Shown here one piece after another: positions 17,450-25,450 of a DNA stretch of 51,348 nt. Location of the stretch: positions 1 through 51,348 of the forward strand of contig JBLKOQ010000004.1 in the NCBI GenBank assembly GCA_047602885.1, read 5' to 3'. The notes beneath the pieces are model-generated. The model had not been told where the DNA came from, did no database searches, and saw nothing but the letters and a program-made list of their open reading frames with translations. Made by a program: the position numbers and the translations under genes. Each line of letters begins with the position of its first letter. Position 1 is the first letter of the stretch. Source of the stretch: Candidatus Woesearchaeota archaeon (GTDB lineage Archaea > Nanobdellota > Nanobdellia > Woesearchaeales > WAPJ01).

Positions 17450-19095
17450 AAGGCCAAGTATCATTTTTCATTATTATAGGCATACTTGGGGTTATTGCAG
17501 TAGTAGCAGGAATGCTCATATTCAGCACTCCTACTACTGTTACTCCTCCTTCAGAGCATACGTCTGATTTTGTGACTCTGAGGAGCTGTATTGATTCCGA
17601 GTTTGCAGACTCAATACTAGTGGCAGCCTTGAACGGTGGGATTATTGAGATGTCTAGTTATCAGAGAAGGAATGGGGCCTTTTTTGAGCCGATACCCGGA
17701 TATGAGTTCCCATTATGGAATAAGAATAGCATATCTTATATTCCTGACAAGTCCGAGTTAGAGGCAGGACTTGAAAAAGAGCTTTTAGATAGAATAGAAG
17801 AAAGATGTCTTAGAGAGTCAGGTATAGACCCTAGGACTACTGCTCAAGTATCAGTAACACTATCAGAAAACTCCAATAATGCAGAGGTGGCGTTTGAAGG
17901 CGAGTTTATAGAGGATGGTTCTAGGACCAGAATACCAAGTGTAAGAGTTGACAATAATCTCCCACTATTACAAACTTATAATGTTGCTGTGTCATTAGCT
18001 GAGCACCTTCTTAGTTCAGGCATTTTAGTAGGATTGAATCAGAACATTATAGAATTATCTCCTGATGTCCCCACTAGTGGAATGAGTTTTAGCTGCAGAA
18101 CACAACAGTGGCGTAAAAGCCAGGTTCAGAAAGATTTTGAGAAAGGTCTTGAATTGTATGCTCCTTATCTCAGGTTTGACAATAACCCAAGCGTAGTAAG
18201 TGATATAGCATCCAGACATTTTACTTTTGATGTACCTGCAGCCAGAACTCCGGGGATAGATGTCCGTGCCAATTATCATAACAGTTTTGGGATGCTCTTC
18301 GACGCTGAAAAATCTCAGGGGGATATCATGACCAGTTTTGTGACTATGAATCCTGACAGTCCGGGTATTTGTCAAAATCATTATAGTTTCTGGTATAGTG
18401 TCGAATACCCTTTAGTTTTTACTGTTCAGAACAGTGGTTCTTCTATTCCTTTTGAGTTCAGGATGGCTTTATATAATGAGGTTTACAGAAACATTTTGGA
18501 CGAGCCTCCAGCCCGAACAGGTGTGCAGGATTATTGTAGGGACACTACTTTCAGGCGAGCAAAAATCAATCTTAGGGATGATCAAGGAACAACTATACTA
18601 AATGCGTTTGCTAGGATAAGGTGTGGCAATGAAGAGTGTGTTGTCAGAACAGACTCTAACGGTATTATTAATGACTATCTTCCAAGAAGGTGCATTAGGG
18701 GCACTATGACTATAGAAAAAGAAGGCTATCAGACTGCTACAGTTAATTATGATGCATCTGACTTTACCGGTTTCAATGGACAAACAGTAGTAATGTCCAA
18801 GCTTCGGACGATTAAGCTCTCTTTTAGCAGTGATGATTATGATATTAGTAGCTTCTTTTTTACTCTTGTTCATAATGGCAGGTGGACTACTTTTGATATT
18901 GACACTGCAAGAATATCAAGAGACTACATAGACGTAGAATTTCAGATACTGAAGGTCGAGCCAGCAGGCAATCTAGTAGTAGTTTATGGTCCTGATACTA
19001 TTCCCAATAATGATGATTTAACTATTAATATTAATACCCAGCGCTTATATGACGGACAATATTCAACGGCAGTGGATGTGGTGAGGAATGACTAA
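17446..19095 (+). CDS. 549-aa exported protein with a prepilin-like N-terminus (paralog of 11745..13853)
   Basis: MKGQVSFFIIIGILGVIAVVAGMLIF. It shares GQVSFFIIIGIL, then TPP...LRSC...GG, with the 702-aa protein. The ATG overlaps the upstream TGA (ATGA) and AGGGTGA lies upstream. Confidence 0.65.
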   Translation: MKGQVSFFIIIGILGVIAVVAGMLIFSTPTTVTPPSEHTSDFVTLRSCIDSEFADSILVAALNGGIIEMSSYQRRNGAFFEPIPGYEFPLWNKNSISYIPDKSELEAGLEKELLDRIEERCLRESGIDPRTTAQVSVTLSENSNNAEVAFEGEFIEDGSRTRIPSVRVDNNLPLLQTYNVAVSLAEHLLSSGILVGLNQNIIELSPDVPTSGMSFSCRTQQWRKSQVQKDFEKGLELYAPYLRFDNNPSVVSDIASRHFTFDVPAARTPGIDVRANYHNSFGMLFDAEKSQGDIMTSFVTMNPDSPGICQNHYSFWYSVEYPLVFTVQNSGSSIPFEFRMALYNEVYRNILDEPPARTGVQDYCRDTTFRRAKINLRDDQGTTILNAFARIRCGNEECVVRTDSNGIINDYLPRRCIRGTMTIEKEGYQTATVNYDASDFTGFNGQTVVMSKLRTIKLSFSSDDYDISSFFFTLVHNGRWTTFDIDTARISRDYIDVEFQILKVEPAGNLVVVYGPDTIPNNDDLTININTQRLYDGQYSTAVDVVRND

Positions 19096-21619
19096 GAGTA
19101 TTTATATTATGTTAGTGTTGTTAGGACTTACATTATTGTTTAGTCTGGACGCTTACGCTACCTTGCAGTTTCAGGACTGTGTTACTGCAGACCCTTATTT
19201 TAGTATAACACTAGATCCTAGCAATCCCAATCGTTCAGTCCAATCAATACCAAGACTTGACTTTACTGTTGATACTCTTGTAAGAATAACTTCTGACTCT
19301 TCTGTTACTGTAAGAAGGGTTGATTTTGGATTGCTTCCTACTATGGATACTAGAATTAACAGTCTTACAGACCAGAGAGTTACAGGCTCAGACTATCTGC
19401 TTTATGTTAATGCTAGGTTTAATGATAATGCACATAAAAATGATTCTGTAGGGAATAATGTGAGGATTAATGGCATTGCAGCAAGAATAATGTATGATGA
19501 TGCCAACGGAAATCTTGACATGACATACATATGTGTTCCTCCTATCACTCTTCGTATTACTGGCAGCCAGACTAGTCTTCCTGAAGAAGTTGATAAAAGA
19601 ATCAAGGAGATAGAAAAGAGGATTGAGACTGCTGAAAAGATACAATTGGTACTTGCTGTCATGAACCTTATGTCCACGTTCTCTTGCCAGGAGAAGACAA
19701 ATGAACTGAACATAGCAAAGAGTGTGTTCGAAGCAAATTGTAATATGATACATGAAGTATTGAGAAACATTAGCCTTTCTATTAATGATACAGATGCATT
19801 ATGTGTTGATACTGATAATAGTTCAGCATTACACATAGATAATTGTAACTTATGCATCAACTATTACAACACTCTTGTTGGTCTTAAGACAGAAACTGCT
19901 AATGCATGCCAAAGGCTAGAATGCAGTGACATGATATCTTTTGCCCATTTTAAAAACACGTTCCCTGGGGATATTATAGGGCTGAATTATTGTGATGAGA
20001 ATAAAGACTATTATGATGCTGCTAAGTGCGAGAAGCAGTATAGGGCTTCAGAACAGCCGAAATGCTGGCTACAAGATCCTGTAGAACTATCTAAGAATGC
20101 TGAGAATCCCGCTTCAGGATTCAATCCCCTTGGATTTATTACGGGTTTTGACTTTTGTTCTGACAAGAGAGATCCAATACAAGTTATTAAGAGTCCTGCT
20201 AACGATCTTTTTAGCTCTCTGACATGTGGATGTTTTCCAGGCTTATTGGGATGGTCTGACCTATATTTAGACAGCCTAAAAATGGAACTACAATGTGTGA
20301 AGGGAGCTACTAGCAGGAATTTGAGCACTTGTAGAAACGCTTTATTTGTATTCGGATGTGATATGTTAATTAATGCTCTTACATGCGGAGGAGTCAATTT
20401 CGGAATTCACAATAACGATGCAAGGTTCTTGTTCAGGCATTCTGATGGCTCATCGATTGACATGTCAGACCTTACTCCTCAGCAGATCAGAGAATATATT
20501 AATGACGGTTATACGACTATGATTAGTGGTTCTGTATCATTTGACACTTCCGAACTGATACATAATGTTTGTTCTTCAGTATTTGGAGACAAGGATGTTG
20601 ATTGGGCTGAGACTATACTGAGCGGTATCGATGTGGGCTCCACTGATGTTATCTCATTATGTCCTACTGGAAGCGTTAGGGGACCTTGTTATTGCGGGAG
20701 CGATTTTGAAAGCGCCACCATAAACTGCGGCAACACGCCATCTAACAACTATTGTGATTTTTCAGACGGCAATCCTACTGGGGAATGTACAGGTACAGTA
20801 ACTATACCAGTGCCTGAGCCTTCTATTGATGTAGATTTTCCTGCAGATAACGATGTAGAAGTGGACGAGAATGATTATAATCAAGGTGATAATCCTGATA
20901 TTATCGATTCTCAATATAGTGCCCAGTATTATCATAGAATGTCTGCAGATGTTCCAGTTAGGGTTGAAGATTGTGTACGTTACTTAGACGGAAGGGGAGT
21001 TTATATTAGGGTAAGGTCTTTTTCAGATTTTAGGATTACTGATTACTATATCAGACTATATAATCGATACCATACGACTACTAATAGTGGGAGTATTCAT
21101 AAGTTCTTTTGTTTAGACGACAATCGCAATAAAGTTAATAGAGGTACACACGTCGTTAGGATAGAGCACGATGAGAGTGGCAACCAGTTGCCGCCTGAAC
21201 AACAAACACCATTTGATAATAGTAATGCTGTAAGGGCTACTGAGGCTCAAATAAGCTCTCTAGCCAGTATGATAACTACAAGGATTATTAATGAGTGCAA
21301 AGATTTGGGAACGCGGCAGGATCAATATACAAGAAGTGGGGCATATAGTAATATTAGAACTGCGACTAATAGTTATATAAACAGCTTTGCAACATGCATT
21401 GCAGACTATAACCAGTATCCACAATGCAGACCAGCACCATATCTTTTCGATAGTGCAGATAAGAACACTGCAAAAAATCGTTTAATCGAAGAAATGAAAA
21501 AACAATTAGAAGATTATGATAGAATCCGGGCCCTTCCTATACATGGTGAGCCTGGATCTAATGATATCTCTTTTTCAGATATTGTTATGAGAGGATGCAT
21601 TCATTATTTAGAAGTATAA
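19088..21619 (+). CDS. 843-aa secreted Cys-rich protein, unknown function
   Basis: MTKSIYIMLVLLGLTLLFSLDAYA signal peptide. Dense Cys in the central 370 aa. The start overlaps the upstream gene by 8 nt, with GGTGAGGA immediately upstream. Confidence 0.65.
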   Translation: MTKSIYIMLVLLGLTLLFSLDAYATLQFQDCVTADPYFSITLDPSNPNRSVQSIPRLDFTVDTLVRITSDSSVTVRRVDFGLLPTMDTRINSLTDQRVTGSDYLLYVNARFNDNAHKNDSVGNNVRINGIAARIMYDDANGNLDMTYICVPPITLRITGSQTSLPEEVDKRIKEIEKRIETAEKIQLVLAVMNLMSTFSCQEKTNELNIAKSVFEANCNMIHEVLRNISLSINDTDALCVDTDNSSALHIDNCNLCINYYNTLVGLKTETANACQRLECSDMISFAHFKNTFPGDIIGLNYCDENKDYYDAAKCEKQYRASEQPKCWLQDPVELSKNAENPASGFNPLGFITGFDFCSDKRDPIQVIKSPANDLFSSLTCGCFPGLLGWSDLYLDSLKMELQCVKGATSRNLSTCRNALFVFGCDMLINALTCGGVNFGIHNNDARFLFRHSDGSSIDMSDLTPQQIREYINDGYTTMISGSVSFDTSELIHNVCSSVFGDKDVDWAETILSGIDVGSTDVISLCPTGSVRGPCYCGSDFESATINCGNTPSNNYCDFSDGNPTGECTGTVTIPVPEPSIDVDFPADNDVEVDENDYNQGDNPDIIDSQYSAQYYHRMSADVPVRVEDCVRYLDGRGVYIRVRSFSDFRITDYYIRLYNRYHTTTNSGSIHKFFCLDDNRNKVNRGTHVVRIEHDESGNQLPPEQQTPFDNSNAVRATEAQISSLASMITTRIINECKDLGTRQDQYTRSGAYSNIRTATNSYINSFATCIADYNQYPQCRPAPYLFDSADKNTAKNRLIEEMKKQLEDYDRIRALPIHGEPGSNDISFSDIVMRGCIHYLEV

Positions 21620-21778
21620 TGATATGCTTTGTAGTAAAAGTATGCGATATTCGTCAGTTAGATTAAAGATTACTGTTCTTTCCAGATGCTAATGCGCCAA
21701 TTGTAGCCTTTAGGTTGGCACATAGCACACTCTTCCCAACTTTTTCTAGAGAGCTGATATTAGAACAACATTTATAAT

Positions 21779-22348
21779 ATGAACAATGTTCCATTTATTC
21801 TTATGGAAGAAGCGCCTGATATTATCAACGGGGAGACATGCCCTATATGCCACCAAAACACTCTTATACTCACAGAGTCTGAGAGGGATATTCCTTTTTT
21901 TGGCGTAGTCTACTTATTCAGCATGAATTGTACTAATGATGAGTGCAAGTACAGCATGAGTGATGTTGAGACTGTAGAGTCTCATGAGCCTACAAAATAT
22001 TCTTTGGAGGTTAAGACTATAGAGGATCTTAATGCACGTGTTGTTAAGAGCAGCGAGGCAACTGTTAAGATTGGCAGTATTGCATCTATAGAGCCTGGTT
22101 CTGCAAGCCAAGGCTTTATTAGTAATGTTGAAGGCGTTCTTAAACGTATGTTGAGACAGATGGAATCTTTTTATGAGAGCGAAGATGATACTGCTATAAA
22201 GAACAAGCTGAAAAATAAGATAAAAAAGCTTAAGAGAGTCATGACCGGTTTTGATCCTATTACTATTACGGTTAGTGATCCTAGCGGCAATAGCGCTATT
22301 ATTCATGACAATGCTGTAATAACCCCTTTGAAGAAAGGGAAAAAGTAG
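21779..22348 (+). CDS. ZPR1-type zinc-finger protein
   Basis: CPICHQNTLILTESERDIPFFGVVYLFSMNCTNDECKY: C-x2-C ... IPFFG ... C-x4-C, as in archaeal ZPR1-like proteins of about 190 aa. Confidence 0.75.
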   Translation: MNNVPFILMEEAPDIINGETCPICHQNTLILTESERDIPFFGVVYLFSMNCTNDECKYSMSDVETVESHEPTKYSLEVKTIEDLNARVVKSSEATVKIGSIASIEPGSASQGFISNVEGVLKRMLRQMESFYESEDDTAIKNKLKNKIKKLKRVMTGFDPITITVSDPSGNSAIIHDNAVITPLKKGKK

Positions 22349-22370
22349 GAAGAGAAATAATAATATGTTA

Positions 22371-23114
22371 TTATAAGCCGTTCATAGACTTGTATTGATA
22401 GTACGCTTTTTCCATTAGTATGGGAAGGCTTGTAACATCGTATTCTACGTATTCTGATAGTATGCCTAGATAGTGTTCATCTCCTGTAGCCTTGTATGCC
22501 CTCCAAAGTCTTATTGGGTCTCCACTACTTACATCATATGACATGCTCCTTATTATACCCATATCCTTTTCTATCTTCTTTAATCCTCCACTATATCCAA
22601 TTGTTCTTAGTAAATGCTTTAGGTCTATAACTATTTTTCCTACGATACTAATATTATATTGCTTGATTAATAATGGAAGGTCATAGCTCTTCCCATTGTA
22701 TGTTATTATTCCTTTGGCCTTTACTATTAATCCTAGTATGATGCTGCTGTCAGTATTGTCCCCTCTTATTATTCTGGTATTTTCTCCGTCAGAGAGTCCT
22801 ATTATTGTTATTCTGTTTGTTTTATGGCCGTAGCTCTCCAAATCTATATACAACAAGTCTTCCTTTATCATATGATAACATCTGTAATGGAGTCTTGAAG
22901 GCATTATTCTAGTAAAGAACTCGTAGTCTTCTTCCTCTATTTTTGACTTATAAAGCCTTATCTTATAGTCCATATATGCTTTCTTGTTAGATGATATTCC
23001 ATTAATGCTATCTCTTCTTAAGAATGCATCCCAGTCTTTAATGCCACTTTCCCACAATCTCTTTTCTGTAAGGCTTCCTATTCCTTTGAATATCTGGAAT
23101 GTGTTTTGTATCAT
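22371..23114 (-). CDS. RNase H-like (YprB/PolB-exonuclease-like) predicted 3'-5' exonuclease
   Basis: LLYIDLESYGHKTNRITIIGLSDGEN...ITYNGKSYDLPLL...DLKHLL...GGLKKIEKDMGI. I prefer the start at M45 (23114, MIQNTFQIFKGIGSLTEKRL...) because it avoids overlap with proS. Confidence 0.6.
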   Translation of the reverse strand: MIQNTFQIFKGIGSLTEKRLWESGIKDWDAFLRRDSINGISSNKKAYMDYKIRLYKSKIEEEDYEFFTRIMPSRLHYRCYHMIKEDLLYIDLESYGHKTNRITIIGLSDGENTRIIRGDNTDSSIILGLIVKAKGIITYNGKSYDLPLLIKQYNISIVGKIVIDLKHLLRTIGYSGGLKKIEKDMGIIRSMSYDVSSGDPIRLWRAYKATGDEHYLGILSEYVEYDVTSLPILMEKAYYQYKSMNGL

Positions 23115-23162
23115 AGGCTGGGCAATGACTATTTTTATAAAAGGATATTGCCTCTTAGTCTT

Positions 23163-24620
23163 ATGGAGTCTAACACTGATGATAGGAAAAAGAGTCTTGG
23201 CATTACTGTAAGGAAGTCTGATAATATGAGCGAATGGTATACTCAAGTAGTATTACAGAGCGAGCTTGCCGACTACAGTCCGGTGTCAGGATGCATTGTT
23301 TACAGGCCGCTATCATATGCCATTTGGGAGAATGTCCAGAGAATATTTGATAGTATGATTAAGTCTACAGGTCATAAGAACGTATATTTTCCTATGCTTA
23401 TTCCTGAAAGCCTAATGAATAAGGAAGAAGAGCATATTGAAGGTTTCGCTCCTGAAGTAGCATGGGTTACTAGGGGAGGTAACTCTGAACTTTCTGAGCC
23501 TTTGGCTATTAGACCTACTAGCGAGACTATTATTTATGATAGCATGAGCAAGTGGATTAGGAGCCATAGGGACCTTCCACTGTTATTAAATCAGTGGTGC
23601 TCAGTAGTTAGGTGGGAGTTCAAGCATCCAAGGCCCTTCCTTAGAGGTAGGGAATTCTTATGGCAAGAAGGTCATACTGCTCATACAACCTATGAGGAGG
23701 CTGTAGAGGAAGTGATGATGATACTCGAATATTATAGGACTATATTGGAGGATTATTATGCTATGCCAGTGCTTATAGGTAAGAAGAGTGAACAGGAAAA
23801 GTTTGCAGGCGCTCATTATACTCTTGCATGCGAGGCCATAATGCCTGACGGCAAGAGCCTGCAGGTATGCACTTCACATCATATGGGAACCAATTTTTCT
23901 GAGGAGTTTGACTTACAGTTTTCTGATGCTGATGGTCAGATTAAGCACGCGTATACCACTTCGTGGGGTATTAGCACTAGGACTATTGGAGGTCTAATAC
24001 TTGTTCATGGTGATGATAAAGGATTAATTATTCCTCCTAAGATTGCTCCTCTACAATGTGTTATAGTTCCTATCTATAATGATACTACTAAGAAAGATGT
24101 GTTGGAGTATGCTAACACTGTCAAGAACATGGTCGAGAGTGTCTGCACTGTATCATTAGATGCAAGAGACTATGTAAACCCGGGATATAAGTATAATGAG
24201 CATGAGCTTAAAGGCGTTCCTATCAGGATAGAGGCAGGTCCTAGGGATATAGAAAACAACAATGTGATTATGGTTAGGAGGGATACTGGTGAGAAGAAGA
24301 TTGTATCACTGGATGAGATTTCTGATACGATTGTATTCATGCTCAATGCCATTCAGGAGAATTTGTATAAAACTGCTAAGGAAAGGCATGATGCTATGAT
24401 ACTATTAGCGAGAGATTATGATGCTCTAGAAAAAGCAATATCTGATAAGAAGGTGGCTTTCAGCCCTTTTTGTGGCTCTGCAGAATGCGAATCGACTGTT
24501 AAGGACAAGACTGGTGCTATCTCATTGGTTTTTCCTCTCATGCAGCCTCATGGCAAGTCATCTTGCATTATATGTAATGCTAAAGGATCCGACTATGCAT
24601 ATTTTGGAAAGAGCTATTAA
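23163..24620 (+). CDS. proS: Prolyl-tRNA synthetase, archaeal/eukaryotic type
   Basis: ...MSEWYTQVVLQSELADYSPVSGCIVYRP...IRPTSETIIY...WCSVVRWEFKHPRPFLRGREFLWQEGHTAH...TTSWGISTR... and a C-terminal zinc domain ending ...YFGKSY. The start is ambiguous between 23163 (MESN..) and 23226 (MSEWY..). Confidence 0.9.
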   Translation: MESNTDDRKKSLGITVRKSDNMSEWYTQVVLQSELADYSPVSGCIVYRPLSYAIWENVQRIFDSMIKSTGHKNVYFPMLIPESLMNKEEEHIEGFAPEVAWVTRGGNSELSEPLAIRPTSETIIYDSMSKWIRSHRDLPLLLNQWCSVVRWEFKHPRPFLRGREFLWQEGHTAHTTYEEAVEEVMMILEYYRTILEDYYAMPVLIGKKSEQEKFAGAHYTLACEAIMPDGKSLQVCTSHHMGTNFSEEFDLQFSDADGQIKHAYTTSWGISTRTIGGLILVHGDDKGLIIPPKIAPLQCVIVPIYNDTTKKDVLEYANTVKNMVESVCTVSLDARDYVNPGYKYNEHELKGVPIRIEAGPRDIENNNVIMVRRDTGEKKIVSLDEISDTIVFMLNAIQENLYKTAKERHDAMILLARDYDALEKAISDKKVAFSPFCGSAECESTVKDKTGAISLVFPLMQPHGKSSCIICNAKGSDYAYFGKSY

Positions 24621-24683
24621 TAAAATATACTTTTTACTACACTAACTATCGGTTTTCACTATTATATAGAAACAACAACCAAA

Positions 24684-24696
24684 ATATTTATAAATA
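24684..24696 (+). promoter_or_regulatory. TATA-like box (ATATTTATAAATA) upstream of the GC-rich hairpin RNA candidate
   Basis: TTTATAAA at 24687-24694 lies about 25-30 nt before the start of the long stem at 24718-24724. Confidence 0.4.
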
Positions 24697-24717
24697 GTGA
24701 GTACTCTCTAGTAGTTA

Positions 24718-24803
24718 GTAAGTCAGTGGTGTGGGTGACGATTCTTTGCAACCCGATCACCCCTCTGCGAATAACTGCCCGCACCACTGCTACTGTCTTT
24801 CTT
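24718..24803 (+). ncRNA. Candidate small structured RNA (class unknown)
   Basis: GC-rich island in AT-rich intergenic DNA. CAGTGGTGTGGG (24724-24735) pairs with CCCGCACCACTG (24778-24789), giving 12 bp with one G-U. AGTA/TACT extend the stem. An inner alternative stem is GGGTGA/TCACCC. A TATA box lies upstream and the T-rich TCTTTCTT lies downstream. Confidence 0.35.
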
Positions 24804-24863
24804 ATATCCTAAAGGAATTACGAATTAGCTAATAATGTATCTGCAAACTATGTCAAAGCAATC

Positions 24864-24874
24864 ATATATAAATT
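24864..24874 (+). promoter_or_regulatory. TATA-like box (ATATATAAATT) consistent with a leaderless transcript of the 24894 gene
   Basis: Centre is about 25 nt upstream of the ATG at 24894, and there is no SD box. Confidence 0.4.
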
Positions 24875-24893
24875 AGAACACTGATTAGGACGC

Positions 24894-25442
24894 ATGAAAG
24901 TATTAATACTCTTTGCAGGTCTTCCAGGAACAGGAAAAAGCCACATAGCAAGGATACTGTCCAAAAAAATAAGATCATACTATTTCGATTCTGACAAATT
25001 TAGCAAGGATTTTCTAAAAGACAATAATATTGAATCATTAAACGCAGACGAAGTTTTGCGCTTAAGAATAGAGTCTCAGAAAAAGAAGATTAAGCATATT
25101 CTTATGCTGTATGAGAAGCACGACATAATAATGCTGGATACCTGTTTTGATATTCTTGAAGCAAGAAAATTATACTACAATCTGCAAAACAACAAGAATA
25201 TGAGCATTAGAATAATAGTACTGGAGGTAAAATGCACTGTTAACACGAGCAAACAAAGAATACTATGCAAAGAGCATGAGCATGATAGGATGATAGGGAC
25301 GAGCAAAAGCCGATGGAAAACATATTTAAGGATGAGAAAATCATGGACTCCTATCATGCATAAGAATCACTTTGTCATTGACTCTGACAAGGACATACTG
25401 CCACAAATAAGCGCTTTCATAGAAAAATTCGAGCTTTCTTAA
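24894..25442 (+). CDS. P-loop NTPase/kinase (AAA_33-like)
   Basis: MKVLILFAGLPGTGKSHIARILSKK carries a Walker A at the N-terminus of a ~180-aa protein. Confidence 0.7.
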   Translation: MKVLILFAGLPGTGKSHIARILSKKIRSYYFDSDKFSKDFLKDNNIESLNADEVLRLRIESQKKKIKHILMLYEKHDIIMLDTCFDILEARKLYYNLQNNKNMSIRIIVLEVKCTVNTSKQRILCKEHEHDRMIGTSKSRWKTYLRMRKSWTPIMHKNHFVIDSDKDILPQISAFIEKFELS

Positions 25443-25450
25443 TGATTATG

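Noticed and set aside
16669-17464. Minus-strand ORFs (16669-17082, 17036-17464, 17260-17457) opposite the 238-aa secreted protein gene
   Set aside because: They are mutually overlapping and antisense to an operon-embedded ORF that has an SD box, a signal peptide and a coupled downstream start. No motifs.
19388-20397. Minus-strand ORFs (19388-19753, 19402-19860, 20011-20397) inside the 843-aa gene
   Set aside because: Antisense shadows of a long ORF. They overlap one another in different frames and have no independent signals.
24718-24803. Assignment of the GC-rich hairpin to H/ACA sRNA, C/D box sRNA, tRNA or split-tRNA half, or the fluoride riboswitch
   Set aside because: There is no ACA/ANA box 3' of the basal stem on either strand. 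Only a degenerate C-box-like GTGACGA is present, with no partner CTGA. There is no T-loop or cloverleaf. I could not match riboswitch consensus elements. It is kept only as an RNA of unknown class.
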